Shown: positions 12,523-26,481, counted from the first letter of the stretch. The stretch: 64,000 bases of DNA from Owenia fusiformis (GCA_903813345.2 CAIIXF020000001.1:5952001-6016000), one strand, 5' to 3'. Numbers and translations: made by a program. Notes: generated by a model from the sequence alone, not told the origin.

Positions 12523-15089
12523 TCCACAGGAAGATTAGGACTTGAGACATACGAGGGCTCTGCCTGATCTTCCATACAAACCCCTGTGCTGTTATCTTGG
12601 TTCAAAAAATCTTCAAAATTCAGTATGGTTTTGTCACTTCCTGTTTTGGCATTTCCTGTCAGGACCATGGCACCTCAAGATCATGCCTGCTGGAGATTTC
12701 AATTTATTTTTAAAAAAATTCAAAAAACAAACATGGCGACTTCGTGAATCGAAAATATAAGCCAATGTCGAAATAACCCCATGGTCGAAATAGCCCCATG
12801 ACCATAGATCTCGGCCAGATTCTTTTGTAGTAGGATCAGTAGCTCAATAATTATTCTTTGAGCCTATGAGATCCTACTACAAAACGATCTGGCCAATATC
12901 TGTGCCCATCACGAAGTAAACCCATGGTCGAAGTTCGACGGATCTCCCCTTTACTATGATTTTTTCGGTTAACATGCCCCAATACGAAATCTTTATTGAA
13001 ATGGTACAATTGAAGGCTACCCACACTGTCCTCCTAAAGAGAAAGGTGCAATTCCTCTCAGAGAATATTGCATCTCCCTCACACTGGGCTTGTATTGAAG
13101 ATAAGGGAGGGTCTAGGAACACACGAGGTCATTGTTCGATACCCCATTCAAGCCCCTGTATTATTATTAAATACTCCCATATCTTATGTTTTGGGAATGG
13201 CTGGAATGGAAAATAATTCGAAAAATAATTTCTACTTCTTACCTGGAACGACTTTTCGGCATTTTTGTAGACTAGATAGATTGTTGTTGCTATGCTATGT
13301 TTGAACGTGGAACTAATGATCTCTCCTTTACAAGATAGAATGCAGCAAGGTTTCCCAATGATATAATATTTAGCCATTTATTCAAGAAATCATTCCTCTT
13401 GAAAACGCGTGCAGCGCGCCATTTTTAAAGAATACGGAGTGAATACGATACGCAAGCATTATTATCTAAAAGTCTATCATATAACTCCAATCTGTGATGA
13501 TTCGTCATACTATTCTATTTAAATTAATAGTGAACCCAAAATATAATTTTTAAATACTCAAATTTAATAAATAATATTAGCACTGAATTTGACATTAATA
13601 GCCTATTGCGGCATGAGCGCAACTGCTACGGTTGCGGGAATACCGCAATGGTATTAGGAGTATTGACTGAGTTGTACAAACGTTAATGCCCAGTTTTATT
13701 TTATTTACATCATGTATCGTTAGTTCAATATATAAAAGATATTTATAGTGCTAGGATATTAAAGTCAAATAAAAAGTGTTGAGTGAAACCAAGACCCTGA
13801 GTTTAAGGGAATCTGGTCACATATTATGACAACTCTAGTATACCATGCCATGAGGCAACGCGTATTTGAGGAAAGGAAGAACAAGGATGCCATTCCGGAT
13901 GAATCGGGTGATGAAGAGGAAGATGATTTACCTTCCATTCAGAAGATTGTAGAAATTTATGAGGCCCATTCAGACCTGTTTGACATCCGCCATGAAAAAT
14001 ACCGCAATAACAAAAACACGGTCCCAACTATACACGAAAAACTATTAATTTAGACCTACCAGATGTTTGAAAATTAAGGAATGTGAGTCTCATACTGCAC
14101 CGTTTTTCTTCAAACTTGTTCCATTCAAAGCAAAACAAAAATGCCTTTCTGTTGGTACATAACTCTGCTATACTCTGTAATATTAGCGCTTGTCTTCAAC
14201 ATATTCCAAGACATTGCGTGGACATTCGGCTTTGAATGGAACAAGTTTGATGTAAAACAGTGCAGTATCAGACTCACAATCCCTGATTTTCAAACATGGG
14301 GTTATTCTGAAATTCAAATTAATGGTCGGAGTTGGCACCGCATGAAACTGAAGGAGGCTAGGCAGAGTAGGCAACAGATATTATAAAATGGAAATTTGAA
14401 AGCCGAATGTGTACAGTAAAGTAGGTCATAATAAAAAATGAAATTGTCCAAAATTGCAATGTTCACTTCAGACACTTCCAAAATGAATATGAGATCATAT
14501 ATGATATGTGATTTGTGGATATGTGGATGAGAACCGAGCTGGATCTTCCAGGAAATCGAGTCAATCGTCTTGCGAGCTTTTTCACAGCAAATGACAGAAA
14601 ATATATTCCGAAGGTACATTACCTATCAAACCCATACGGTAGACCTAAGTTACATACACGGTATTTCGAATTAAATCGACAATTCTGTTGTTTTCCTAGC
14701 TATTTTTTCGCAAATGTGTGACATTTTCTAAAACATATGATACTGATACACGTTTGTGAGAAAAAATGTCGTGGGGATTTTGCCTACGACGCGTGAAATA
14801 AGGAAAAAAGAAAAATCGTACCTTCGCCGTTCCGACATTTTGTCGAGCGGATCACCAGTGTTCATGCTAATACGCCGTTTAACTTTCCAAACATTTGATA
14901 ATGAGCATGGATAATTTGATATACCATGGACTTGGAGGAATGGGTTTTAATCTGCTATCTATTCAATGGTCTCGACCTGATTTACCAACTCGGGGAATCG
15001 AACAGATCCAGAATATTTTATTTTGATTTATTTTACAAAGAAATGTCATTTAATTTGGCGGCCATATTGATTTTTCAAATTGATTTGCA

Positions 15090-15817
15090 GCTTTTACAAT
15101 TTTACAAGAAATTTGATCGAGAAAAACTTTGTCAGGTTTTCTGTGGTACTTCCTTTGAGATGATTAGTAAAATACATACTGGGAATTTGTTCAGACAAAC
15201 TGAGTAACTAGTACTATGAACCAAAGTTATCATCTTTCACTTACAAAGTCCTTCATAGATTTTTAGCAACTAATACATACTTAAAAATGTGTGGACTCAT
15301 AGAATCAGACATTTGCACTTTTTGTAAACTAAATCCTGAAACGATTTGCCATCTTCTGTATGAATGTACTATTGTAAGTGCTTTATTGGCTCACTTTGGA
15401 GCTCACATTGCTATGTACTAAACAAAATGTATTGATAGGACCTGAGAGTATAAATGAGAAAAAAACAATCATCCTAAATAATATGCTATATGTATTTTTA
15501 AAAGGTATGTTTATTTGTGCAAATATTCTATGCTAAAACCAACACTTAAAGGTTTTATAAGTAATGTGAAGGAATCTTTCATCACGTACTAACGAGTTGG
15601 CAGAGGCGATAAGTAAAATCATGGAAGCAAAATTAAACAAATGATTTTTCCTTTAAATGAAAAAATTGCCAATGGTATAAAATTCTTAAACACTAACGTT
15701 TAACCAATGCTGTATTGTAAAATGTACGTTTACCATGTAACTGTATTGTAATTGTTTTTTGCAATTGCTTTAACATGTTTTTCTTCTCTGAAATAAAAAA
15801 AAATAAAATAAAAAAAA
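15090..15817 (+). mobile_element. Decayed 3' fragment of a Tx1/L1-clade LINE
   Basis: Translates ILATNTYLKMCGLIESDICTFCKLNPETICHLLYEC (C-terminal CCHC knuckle) at about 15260-15370; A-rich tail at 15792-15817. Confidence 0.65.
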
Positions 15818-18617
15818 GAATTTGGATGTTTGAACGGAGAATCACATTTAGAGAGACAGGTTTTCGTAAAGATCCTTATTTATTTTTTTAAGAAAATGAT
15901 TTATGACTCGACGGGCTATTTTTCCTGTATTGTAGGTATCATAAAAACAATATGCAGAGAATCCGTCACAAAACAGATGATAATGTTGGTGGTGATACAA
16001 CAAGTGATGCGTCCAAGAATTCAGATGAGCGAGTATAAGATGGAAGACGGCGTCCAAATCAGACAACATGTCATCGATGACATGTTCAAAATGAGGAATA
16101 TAACAATTTACTTTTTTATATACCTTGTTACGAACATAAAAGTTTATATTGACATGCACCGATATAGACTTCATGTGTCAATGACATGAAACTATAAATG
16201 AGCTATTACCACTGGTGTCAATTTCAAGTTCTATTTAGCAAATAAAAAGTATAAAAGACATTTGTGTGAATATAACACTTTTGTGATTTACTATGGTCTG
16301 TATGTTATGAGTCTCGTTCTTGAAAAGTTTCAAACATGCTCGTCTTTCAAGACATTCTTATCGTGAAGAATAAGTCTGTGTTTGAACTAGCAGCAATTCA
16401 ATACTCAAGATAATGCAAAGTCCTTTGACAAATTATTTACTTTTCTCTAATCCACGATAAAGAAACTATGAGAAATTAATTCATAGGATAAGGGTATGAT
16501 ATTTAGGTGAAGATATAACCCCTCGTCGTTATGGCAAACACTCCAGACGAAATAATTTAAAAAGGACAGCATACAGATGGGAATTGGTTTTATTGATCCT
16601 ATATTTTATATCGAGACATTGACGTTGCTGGTAAGAAAGTTAGATATGTTTGGATTTAATCTTATTATATTTTGTTTTGAGTAGATTGCTTGTTTAGCAT
16701 GAATCTTTCATCGGGGAACAAATCTTTTTTATTCTAGCTTTGGACATATTTGCAATCCACTTATGAACATGAGAAAACATTCAGGGCTGATTGCGACTAA
16801 GTAGTATAGTGTTCTAATCTTTTTAAGCGCAAATGAAAACATATTTGTCCAGTTGTGCAAGATCAAGCATGGACGTTGATCCTATAGATTAAAGACGGAT
16901 TAACTATTCTCAAAGCTAAATTGCTACCCAATGGATTTAATAGTGTTCACCTTTGTTGATTAGGTTGACGATAAGGCCAAGATGTAAACATTGAATGGAG
17001 GGTACATCTCTATATACTCTCAATTCGACAAACTCGCACATATCAAGGAATACTTTGAGCAGGACAATAGAAATAAACGACATGTTTGATAAGAACAACA
17101 CATTGACGGAATCTCGAAAGGTTGGTATATATATTCATTAATTCATTCCTTATTTCTCTAACATTACTGTACCTGATGTACAACCACGTTTTAGTGTTAC
17201 GTTTTAATCAAATAGAATTTACATTGAATTTACCACGAAACACTGCCAGTGTTCTCTGTCAAGTTGGAAAATGGACATGAATTCGAGTACAATAATACTT
17301 GGCCGATTGTACTCAGCTAAGTTGCCATGAAGTCCCGGGTTGAAAGTACAGTGACATGATTTTGATACAGTTGAAATATGCATTTTAACATCAAAATCAT
17401 CCGTTGAAATATGCATTATGCACCTTTTTGAAAAGGTCGAATCAACCGAAAATGGTTGCGATAACCCCTAGTCCTCGAGAATGACCCCCAAATCATGACT
17501 TTTGAGGGCCTGGGATGACAATGATCGGCACCAAACTGATTCTCAAAACGTATGATTTCGTCCTAAAAATTGAAAAACGGACTATGGTCGAGTTGAGATG
17601 CTCCAAAACATGATGATTTTTCGCTCATAAACAGTGTATTCGGACGTTTTCGCACGAAATAACGACAGACTATAAAATGACGCAAATTGATCGAGTTGGT
17701 CTCTCTATGAACTAAAATGTAATGTAAAGGATTAAAACATAAAACAAGGGGATGGTCGCCAGAAAAGATGCTCTTAATTCTGGACCACCTTCATGTCCGA
17801 TGAAATTTGTAAAAAACAAAAACAGTTTTAACAATGATCGCCCACAGTTGAAGCCCATTCGGCAAACTTTTCTCCCGGGAAATTCCAATGACTTATTCAG
17901 TTGGTGTAACCTTTGATGGGGGGGGGGGGTAATTTGCGCTAGTTTGATCACATAAGCTCCAGCGAACAACATTAAAAGCAACTCAAACCCATCCGCAGTC
18001 AGTTACGTTCAAAACATTGCAATACAACACAATGCAATACAATACAGCAATAAAATCCCGGCATCGGACTGACTAACTATAAATACCCAGAGTACACGTA
18101 CTGATGGCCGTCTGGACAATGTCGTAACAAGTCCCAAGTAAGATCGAAGTACGGCAATTCTGTTCTTAGTATATTGTCTCTCGTTGCAAATGGCATTGCC
18201 ACCAGAAAATTGTGAACAGGCTCGAAGTTACTTAGGAAGCACCCAGAGCACCTTCCGGCAAAAGTTTAAATCTTTTCTGCAAAATGTACAAGAACTTAAT
18301 GACCATGGGCTTCGACTTGAGGGAGCTATTTTAAAACCCATGGTGTGACTGAGGGGTAGCTGAAATAATTATTTAGTATAAAACAACTGGTAATTGAGTT
18401 TAAACCATCAAAAGTATCAAATCTGTTTTCATCACGTTCTGTCTACTTCACATCAGATTGCTGACATTTAGATCCTTTTGTATGTTCCAGTAATCGATGA
18501 AACGGTTTAAAAGAAATGATTATGTCAATAAAGTGATCAATTAATATTTTTCAGGTAATCTAAAGAACAATTTGACGGACAGGTTTTCCGACACTAAAGA
18601 AGACCAAGAAATCTCCA

Positions 18618-19751
18618 ATGACAATGTCATTCAACCCACCAAAAGTCTCCAATGCACTCCCGGGCATTTCCGAAAGACACCAACAGGATCATGGTGTTGT
18701 TTTGATGAATAATTTCATAAATGAAGACAAGGACAATGGACAACCTGGCTATCTGAACCGGAATAAGGACAATAGCAATCTTCCAGATATCAAACGCGTT
18801 GTGTATGATAGAGGAACTTTGAAAAGTAAACCTCCTGATGTGAAACGCAGAGGAATGTTTGGTGGGCCCTCAGAGATGGCGAACCGTCGTTCGTCTCCTG
18901 AAAAACGCAATCATATGCAAGGGAGGAGTACCAGTCGTGGCTATAAATATGACCGGAATATAAGGAATAATCGTAAATCTTTAGATTGCAATAGTGATGA
19001 CAATTTATTTGAACGTCAATCTTGCACAGAAGTTATGGAATCTCCTTTAGAATCACCTTGGGGTCAATTTGAAAATCATGTAAAGAACATCGACGATGAC
19101 ACTCAGTACTACACAAAGCCTAGAAAAATCACATTCAGATCCAGTACTGATTATTCAACTCTTGTCGACGAGCTACGTAAGATTGAACGGAAAAAAGCTG
19201 AGCGAAAACAAATGCTGGCGTCAGTAAAAAAGGAAGCTGTTGTCGTAACACATGGAATGGATGGGGTTATTGAACAAAATCGTAATATTGAAGAGGAGGC
19301 GGAAAGGGAGGTGGCTCAACAAGAGCGTTTAGAGGAAGAACGTAAAAGGCTTAGAGCTAAGAGGTACTGGAACAAAATTAGAATGCATGTCCAAGAAAAA
19401 ATAATGAAAAAGAAATCGAAAACAATTGGTTGGGGTGTAATAAGTCATACCATAAAGAAAATGTCTGACGGCGAACGGACAAGGGAAGATCTGTACGAAC
19501 GTTACCTTAAACACCATAACCCTATGTTCAATAGGGGCGAACCGCCAGATTCATTCGTACAAAGGGTGAGGATTATGAGTGCCACCTCAAGAAAAGAGTC
19601 TTCTCTTGATCGACATGGACGTAAACCGCGATCAAAAAGTGCAAGTGCTAGTTTGAGTCGACCTGGTAGCTCAGTTTCTACCTTAAGTCGACCACGGACT
19701 GTCCACGGATCGGACAAAGATAACGAAGACGTCTTCCCGAGGTGGATGTAA
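18618..19751 (+). CDS. Uncharacterised 377-aa protein in a single coding exon (charged coiled-coil centre, Ser/Arg-rich tail)
   Basis: Long uninterrupted ORF with higher GC than its flanks. TTTTTCAG acceptor at about 18555 just upstream; candidate non-coding upstream exons end at the donor at 16631 (GTAAGA) and at about 17121. Candidate AATAAA near 20498. No family recognised. Confidence 0.75.
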   Translation: MTMSFNPPKVSNALPGISERHQQDHGVVLMNNFINEDKDNGQPGYLNRNKDNSNLPDIKRVVYDRGTLKSKPPDVKRRGMFGGPSEMANRRSSPEKRNHMQGRSTSRGYKYDRNIRNNRKSLDCNSDDNLFERQSCTEVMESPLESPWGQFENHVKNIDDDTQYYTKPRKITFRSSTDYSTLVDELRKIERKKAERKQMLASVKKEAVVVTHGMDGVIEQNRNIEEEAEREVAQQERLEEERKRLRAKRYWNKIRMHVQEKIMKKKSKTIGWGVISHTIKKMSDGERTREDLYERYLKHHNPMFNRGEPPDSFVQRVRIMSATSRKESSLDRHGRKPRSKSASASLSRPGSSVSTLSRPRTVHGSDKDNEDVFPRWM

Positions 19752-19907
19752 TATGGCCGATGATTGTTTAGTTCAAATTATAAAAATATTTTTGATGGAG
19801 ATGCAGGAATCAATTTTTCAATTGTTTAAGAAATTGAACAAAAAATGAAAGGAAAATGTCACAATATGGTAACTTGCTAATATTTACAATGTTTTGATCA
19901 GTAATTT

Positions 19908-20443
19908 CACTGGTGATCCGCTCGATTACGCTGGTTACCGAAACGATTCGTTTTGGTAACAAAATGTCGGAACGTCGAAGGTACGATTTTTCTCTTTTCC
20001 TTATTTCAAGCGTTTTAGGCAGAATCCCAACGGCGTTTTTTCTCACAAACGTGTATCAGCATCATATGTTTTAGAAAATGTACATGTTTGCGAAAAAAAT
20101 AGCTCAGAAGACAACAGAATCGTCGATTTAATACCTCACTTAAGTTACATAAACGGTTTGGGTTAAAAGTGCAGATCTTAACTGTTTTTCGAAAAACCGT
20201 TTATGTAACTTAAGTGAGGAATTAAATCGACGATTCTGTTGTCTTCTGAAGTATTTGTTCGCAAATATGTACATTTTCTTAAACATATGATACTGATACA
20301 CGTTTGTATTAAAAATGTCGTGGGAATTCTGCCTACAACGTGTGAAATAAGGAAAAAAGAAATATCGTACCTTCGATGTTCCGACATTTTGTTACCAAAA
20401 CGAACCGTTTCGGTAACGAGCGTAATCGAGTGGATCACCAGTG
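19908..20443. mobile_element. Foldback MITE with CACTGGT termini and 5-bp TSD (AATTT); partial copy ends at 14860
   Basis: AATTT|CACTGGTGATCCGCTCGATTACGCT ... AGCGTAATCGAGTGGATCACCAGTG|AATTT; arms of about 250 bp with a short loop. Confidence 0.8.
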
Positions 20444-22089
20444 AATTTCATGGGCTTTCAAGATGACTCGAATCAGCATTTGGGATTACCTATCTGTAAT
20501 AAAATAAATCGTTAGAACATGTTAGTGAAAGTTTTTTTGTGAAAAGGAAGAAGAATACATACATTGTTGTTTCATTTATTGTAAACTAGAAAAGTTTGAC
20601 TCCTTGGAGTAGGCTTACAGTAGCAAATCCCAATGAAGAAATTATCCATAAATCTGCTAATCCCGATATCGGTAGGCCATTTTGGATTTTTAAAGGCAGA
20701 ATCAGATCTAGCAAGTATTCATAATACAAATACAAATAAGTTTCTTCAAAAATAAATAAATGGAAACCTATAACTTTGTTGAACCTGAAGAAACATCAAT
20801 TGTTTGTCAAATAAAGTATGCAGCTTCAATTGTCTAGTCAGCTTGCATTTTTTGCGAGAACTCGGATGATTTGCAGCAAACCTACAATTTCTCATTGGTT
20901 CACATGAAATATTGATTTTCAAAAATTAATCAGATTTATCATCAATTTTCGACCAATTGTAATTGTTGAAAAATTTGGAGGTATTGGAAATGATGTCAAT
21001 TTATATTTTCAATCCTCAAAGTTTTTTCTTTACATATTATGCAAATAAACGTAAAGAGGGTTTAACACGTTATCGAATGGGGGAGTTAAAGTTGCCAGAC
21101 TTTTTGAGTAGGGTATATGTATAAACTGTACATATATTTTAATATATATGCACTATTGAAATGCGTATCAGTGTTGTTTAAATGTATTTTATTATATGTA
21201 ATTTTTTCTATATTGAGGTTTCTAAAAAAATTAACATACAGTTTTTAAAATGACTTAAATTTTTTATTATCTTTCAAATTATTTCCAGTTTCAGTTACAC
21301 ATGCATGAGTGTCATAATTACAAATATTCTATTGATCTCATGTTTCACGCTGATACAGCACTAGAAAGAGGGTATTAGAAAAGAATATGAAATGATCATT
21401 CATCATAATTCTATCATGATTACATCTACATCACATTTAAAAACAAATATCAAATACAATGTGTGTATAGAGAACTGCAATTTACCTCAGCAAATAAGGT
21501 ATATGTGTCTGTTTCAACTAAATCCTCTAATACAGAATGAGATTTTGCAAGCAACCTTTCTAAACATATTGGAATGTGAATCACATGTTGCTTGCAATAT
21601 TTTTCATTTCATGTATCATGTGTCTTTAAGTACTATAGTATCAGAACAATGTATGTAGTTTGCCAACCTATAATTTGCTTTGTAATCTGTATTGAGACAA
21701 TTTAATCCTGATGATGCATTGCATCTCGCAATTCTCAAAAATGGCTGTCCAAACTTTAATCAATTGTAGAACTTGTTCGAAGTTGAAGAAAATCTAATGA
21801 TAAGATTTATCAAAGAAACTTCTAAAATGGCTGGCGGAAAACAAGATGGACAGACAAAACTGAACAATCAACTGCTGTAGAACTTGGTTTTCTGTAACAG
21901 TCTAACATGTGTATGAATCCTGAGTTCAATTGAATAAAGATTTTGAATGCATAAAACCTGAGTATAAATGCTAAATATGTTTTACCTTTATTAACATGAA
22001 GTTAAAAGGTGAGACTCAAAACAGTTCCACTTAACTGCTTAAAAATGATAATCATCATTTCAAGCACCTACACATATAAGTTATAGAAT

Positions 22090-22625
22090 ATGGATATTTG
22101 AGCCAAGAGGATGACTTGTGTTTATAGTATAGCCTACAGATATTTTGGCCATACCAGAGGATGACGGATGTATGTGTTTATAGTATTTCAGCCATCCAGA
22201 GGATGACCTTTGTGTTTAAAGTACATGGATATTTCAGCCATCCAGAGGATGACCTTTGTGTTTATATAATAGTATGGATATTTTAGCGATCCAGAGGATG
22301 ACCTTTGTGTTTATAGTACATGGATATTTCAGCCATACAGAGGATGACCTTTGTGTGTATAATATATGGATATTTCAGCCATACCATAGGATGACCTTTG
22401 TGTTTATAGTATAGCCTACAGATATTTCGGCCATACCAGAGGATGACCTTTGTGTGTATAATATATGGATATTTCAGCCATACCAGATGATGACCTTTGT
22501 GTTTATAGTACATGGATATTTCAGCCATCCAGAGGATGACCTTGTCGTTTATAGTTCATGGATATTTCAGCCATCCAGAGGATGACCTTTGCGTTTATAG
22601 TATATTGATATTTCAACCATACCAT
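22090..22625. repeat. Minisatellite, about 46-bp unit, about 11 diverged copies
   Basis: Unit GATATTTCAGCCATCCAGAGGATGACCTTTGTGTTTATAGTACATG; period of 46 seen between 22515 and 22561. Confidence 0.9.
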
Positions 22626-22735
22626 AGAACACTCCATTACTAATTAATGATTTATAACAAGAATAATAGCAACTCCATGGAGTGGCAAATTCCAATGAAT
22701 AAATTATTCTTGAATCTGAAGTGTGTCACAATATT

Positions 22736-23326
22736 ACTAGAAAACACAACTCCATGGAGTAGCAAATCCCAACGAACAAAATACGGGCTATTTAATGGAG
22801 TGGTCATCTGAAAATTCATTCTTGGGCAGAACCCTTATGTCCCTAAAGCATCAGCATATAAAATTAAAACAAAATACATCAACTTATTATGAAAAATGGC
22901 AGCCATTTTGAAGTGAGCGGCCATATTGAAAATATCTTTTTGAGCAGAAGTTCTTTGCCCATTAGACATTAACATATATTTGGACAAAATTCCATAATTG
23001 CAGCCATTTTCAAATAAAGTGGCCATATTGAAAATTTCTTTTTGAGCAGGACTCCAATGCTCCTAAGATATCAGCAAATAAAATTTGAACCAAATCAGTT
23101 TAATGGTATTTGAATTATTAAAGATTCCATTTGTTACGAAAAATGGTGGCCATTTTGAAATTCAGCGGCCCTCTTCAAGATTTCTACTTGATCAGATGCA
23201 GACATCAAGCAAAGATATAATTTGAATCAATTCCTTCCACCAGTAAATGAGTTATTTTTGGAATGGGTGGACTAATGGACGGAGGGCTTCACTATATCCC
23301 TAGTGAACTATGTTCTTTGGGATAAT
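22736..23326 (+). mobile_element. DINE/HINE-like element (same family as 7991-8766), just downstream of the CDCA3-like stop codon
   Basis: ACTAG..CAACTCCATGGAGTAGCAAATCCCAACGAAC start; GGACGGAGGGCTTCACTATATCCCTA..GGGATAAT end. Confidence 0.6.
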
Positions 23327-23448
23327 TAAAAGTCACTGTGACTGTATATTTCTCTCTTGCACTCCCAGATTATTAGGTCTCTCCAGGTTTCAAAGCACCA
23401 TGATTGTTCTCAATGTTCTGGGTATCAAGTCTCCATAACCTGTTCAAG

Positions 23449-25352
23449 TCACTGAGCCCCAATATTTTCTTTGTCACCAAATGCCTCGTATTTACTGGGA
23501 GAGTCAAAACTGCCAAGTTTCCTCATATTCAAGTTGTTAACTTGCTTTCGTTGTACAAGCATTCTTGGTGAAGCATTGTCCATATTCCTCAAACCAAGGG
23601 GTGACCTGGTATTGTCCTTCATTTTGTCAGCAACCTTACACCAGAGCAGCTTCTCCTTCATTTTGCTGGGGGTGGAAGCTGATTTGAACAAGACTTTTGG
23701 TTTTGCTTTGTTGGATTTAGTTGAACTGGACAGAGGACTTTTCTTTGCCGATGATGCTTTTTTCTCTGGAAATACAAAATATTTGAAATTTTGATGTGTT
23801 TACTTGATCTCCATTTCGAAGACATCCTATTATTCTATACTTGTAGGATGTCAATGGAAAATGAGTCCGCTATGGGAGAGCAAGATTTTTTTAGAAATAC
23901 ACTGACCTTACATTTCATTTCTTTCAGATGTTGTGATGCCATTGAATTTGAATATGTTGCAGATTTCATGATTTAATACAAATTAGCAGGCAGTAGAGTT
24001 GCTTTTTATAGAAATTACACTCATATCAACCCAAATTTGTCTTTAAAGTATCTAAACCATTGCTTGGGTTATGAAGTTTCAAGTTTTAGTTTCTTAAACC
24101 CTTCCATGGATTGGTTCTTTGTATTTTAGGACGATTAGTTAACTTGTGGTGTGTTAATTACCTTACTCTCCAAACAGTGCAAAATGTTTAGAATTTGACA
24201 TCAAAATCATTTTCCGTAATATTCTTACCTGGTTTAGCTTTGATTAGAAACTGGTCATCATTGGTTAGATCAGGCTCTGAGAAGGACCTGTTCATGGTTT
24301 CAAATGACTCTGTAAACAGCTCAGTCTCTGCAGTTGCAGCCTTCTTCATTGTACTACTTGTGACAGGTGAGGTGGATATTGGGCCAACTGGACTTGGAGA
24401 TTTGGACAATTCATGTGTTGTGTCATCATTTGTGCATGATATGTCGAACTTGACTGGTGACAATGTGTCTGGAAATGTACATCAAATGTGAAACGAAGGT
24501 GTTGCTTTAAAAAATAAATTTGTTAATCTTATGAAAAAATGCCTGAAAGGAATGGTCATTCTACAATGCATTGAGTCTTGGTCTGAAATACTTTTCACAC
24601 ATTGCAAAATATTTTCAACAAAATCATCTAAAATATACAAAATCACTAAAAGAATATATTCAATGAAACTATTTTGCAAGGGTCAAGTTGACAAAGTATC
24701 AATTACAATCTGTCGATGGCTGTTCCGGGGTGTACATTCTCCCGCCCTTTTATTCATGCATTTTTGTGCAACTGTCTGCTCTCTTTGATAGAAAATACAA
24801 GAGGGAGAGGGAGTGAATGGAATAGTCAACTTGAAAACAAGACATGTTGCAATTGTTGTAAGATACAACCTTGCATGAGTTATTGAGTAGTAATATTGAA
24901 TGCAGGTTACATGGAATAGTGTGTTCTGATTGGCTGGAATTGGACACACCTTGCCTATCTATGTGTGGAATACTTGAAATTCATTTTAAAAACCTACCAT
25001 TAAGATAAGTGAATTTCTCCACAAGAGGTGTCCTGACTATCTCTTCATTTGGAGATCGCGGATCATCAAGCATCTTATCCACACTAAGTGGGGTCCTGGC
25101 AAACTCAACTGATGGTGATCTTGGATCAAATGCCTCTGTGTTAGGTGCTAATGGTGTTCTCATGATTCCTAAAGAAGGGGATCTAGGATCTTCAGAGACT
25201 GGTGTTTTCTCAACTTGGATAGGTGTCCTACTGAAGAGACAAGTGGGTGATCTGGGGTCATGGTCTAGGATCTTGCGGGCTTGTTCAGGCGAAGATGTAG
25301 AATCAGTTTCTTCAATCATGTCTGCAAATGTCTTGCTATTCAGTGCACCCAT
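23449..25352 (-). CDS. CDCA3: CDCA3 / Tome-1-like cell-cycle protein, about 303 aa; coding exons 25352-24998, 24468-24229, 23765-23449; probable 5' UTR exon ending at 27823
   Basis: MGALNS N-terminus, four DPRSPxxxxxRTP repeats, RSPL and a C-terminal KEN box (GDKENIGAQ*), matching the hallmark motifs of CDCA3. Exons join in phase through GT-AG sites (355+240+317=912 nt). Acceptor at 25363/4 and CAG|GTAAGA donor at 27823/27822. Confidence 0.85.
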
Positions 25353-25924
25353 TTTGGAAACTCTGAAACCAAATTAAAATATATGTAAACTAAATGTTTG
25401 AGAGAAAATGCATTGGGAGTCTTGGCAAAAGAAGACATTGGGTGACATTAGAAGAATGATATTGGTCTTTAGCGATTTTGAAGATTCTTAAAGGGTATAG
25501 ACGATATTTCGATCTTGTTCTTCCAAAAATGCCTTCCAGAAATGGTTCGCTTATAAATGAATAGAAATATTTAACTCAAAATGTTACGTGGAATTATTTA
25601 ATGGTGTTTTCACATTATTGTCAAGTTGCACATTATCGAGGTAAATTGGACCGGGGAAATTGGTTTCAATCAAGCAGCTGAACCTGAAAATTGTAATTTG
25701 AGGTCTGTTCGCCATGTTATTTTATTGAAGAATTAACATGGTAGAGAAGCATCAATATAAGGGGTTACAACTTAAAGACTTTATGAGCGAATTTACAAGC
25801 AATCCAACATATACAAATGTCATTCGTGTGCAATATGAATATATTTTTCTATATATTAGACTATTGCACAATATTATTGAGATTTAATTCAGGTTTAAAT
25901 GCTTGTCTTTGAAGCAGTGTAACA

Positions 25925-26473
25925 TTATCCTGTACCAGGACTATAGTCCTGTAACAAGCACATTCTTTTGCCTGTACGATTACAACTTGGGAGAATTATC
26001 TATGCCCCTTACACTTAAGATACCTACTTCAATAGATTCCTGGGTGTTTTAGCATTCTTTTCGTGTAGTTGAATCCACAATTGTTTGGGTATATCGGCAG
26101 AATGGGAACATTTTTCTTTTTCATCAAGAGATATTCCAACACTTTCCAAGATGGCGGTTGGATTTAAAAGGGGATTCCCCGTTTGACTGACCCGGAAGTA
26201 GCCCGGATGTGTAACCAATAAATGGAAGAATTTGACGGTTGAAATAAGTTAAATATTACATGCAAATATTGCGATCAAAAACGAAAATTTCTTTGTTCTG
26301 CCGATAAACCCAGACAATTGTGGATTCAACTACACGAAAAGAATGCTAAAATACCAAGGAATCTATTGAAACAGGTATCTTAAGTGCAAGAAGCGTAGAA
26401 AATTCTCCCATGTTGTAATCGTACAGGCAAAAGAATAAGACGTTCGCAGGACTATAGTCCTGGCACGGGATAA
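25925..26473. mobile_element. Foldback MITE 1 (TTATCC.. termini, 8-bp TSD GTGTAACA)
   Basis: GTGTAACA|TTATCCTGTACCAGGACTATAGTCCTG ... CAGGACTATAGTCCTGGCACGGGATAA|GTGTAACA; arms of about 170 bp. Confidence 0.8.
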
Positions 26474-26481
26474 GTGTAACA

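Noticed and set aside
15830-16189. Overlapping ORFs of 119 and 108 aa on both strands
   Set aside because: No ATG context, splice structure or recognisable motif that I could support.
19810-20466. Mutually similar ORFs on opposite strands (19810-20046, 20178-20438, 20239-20466)
   Set aside because: Artefact of the inverted arms of the MITE.
22090-22625. Regularly spaced repeats resembling a CRISPR array, and ORF 22283-22528
   Set aside because: The intervening segments are variants of each other rather than unique spacers, there are no cas genes and the context is eukaryotic. It is a minisatellite and the ORF is incidental.
24482-24679. Possible extra CDCA3 exon starting at 24627
   Set aside because: It has an in-phase acceptor but runs into a stop with no convincing donor, and the gene splices in frame without it.
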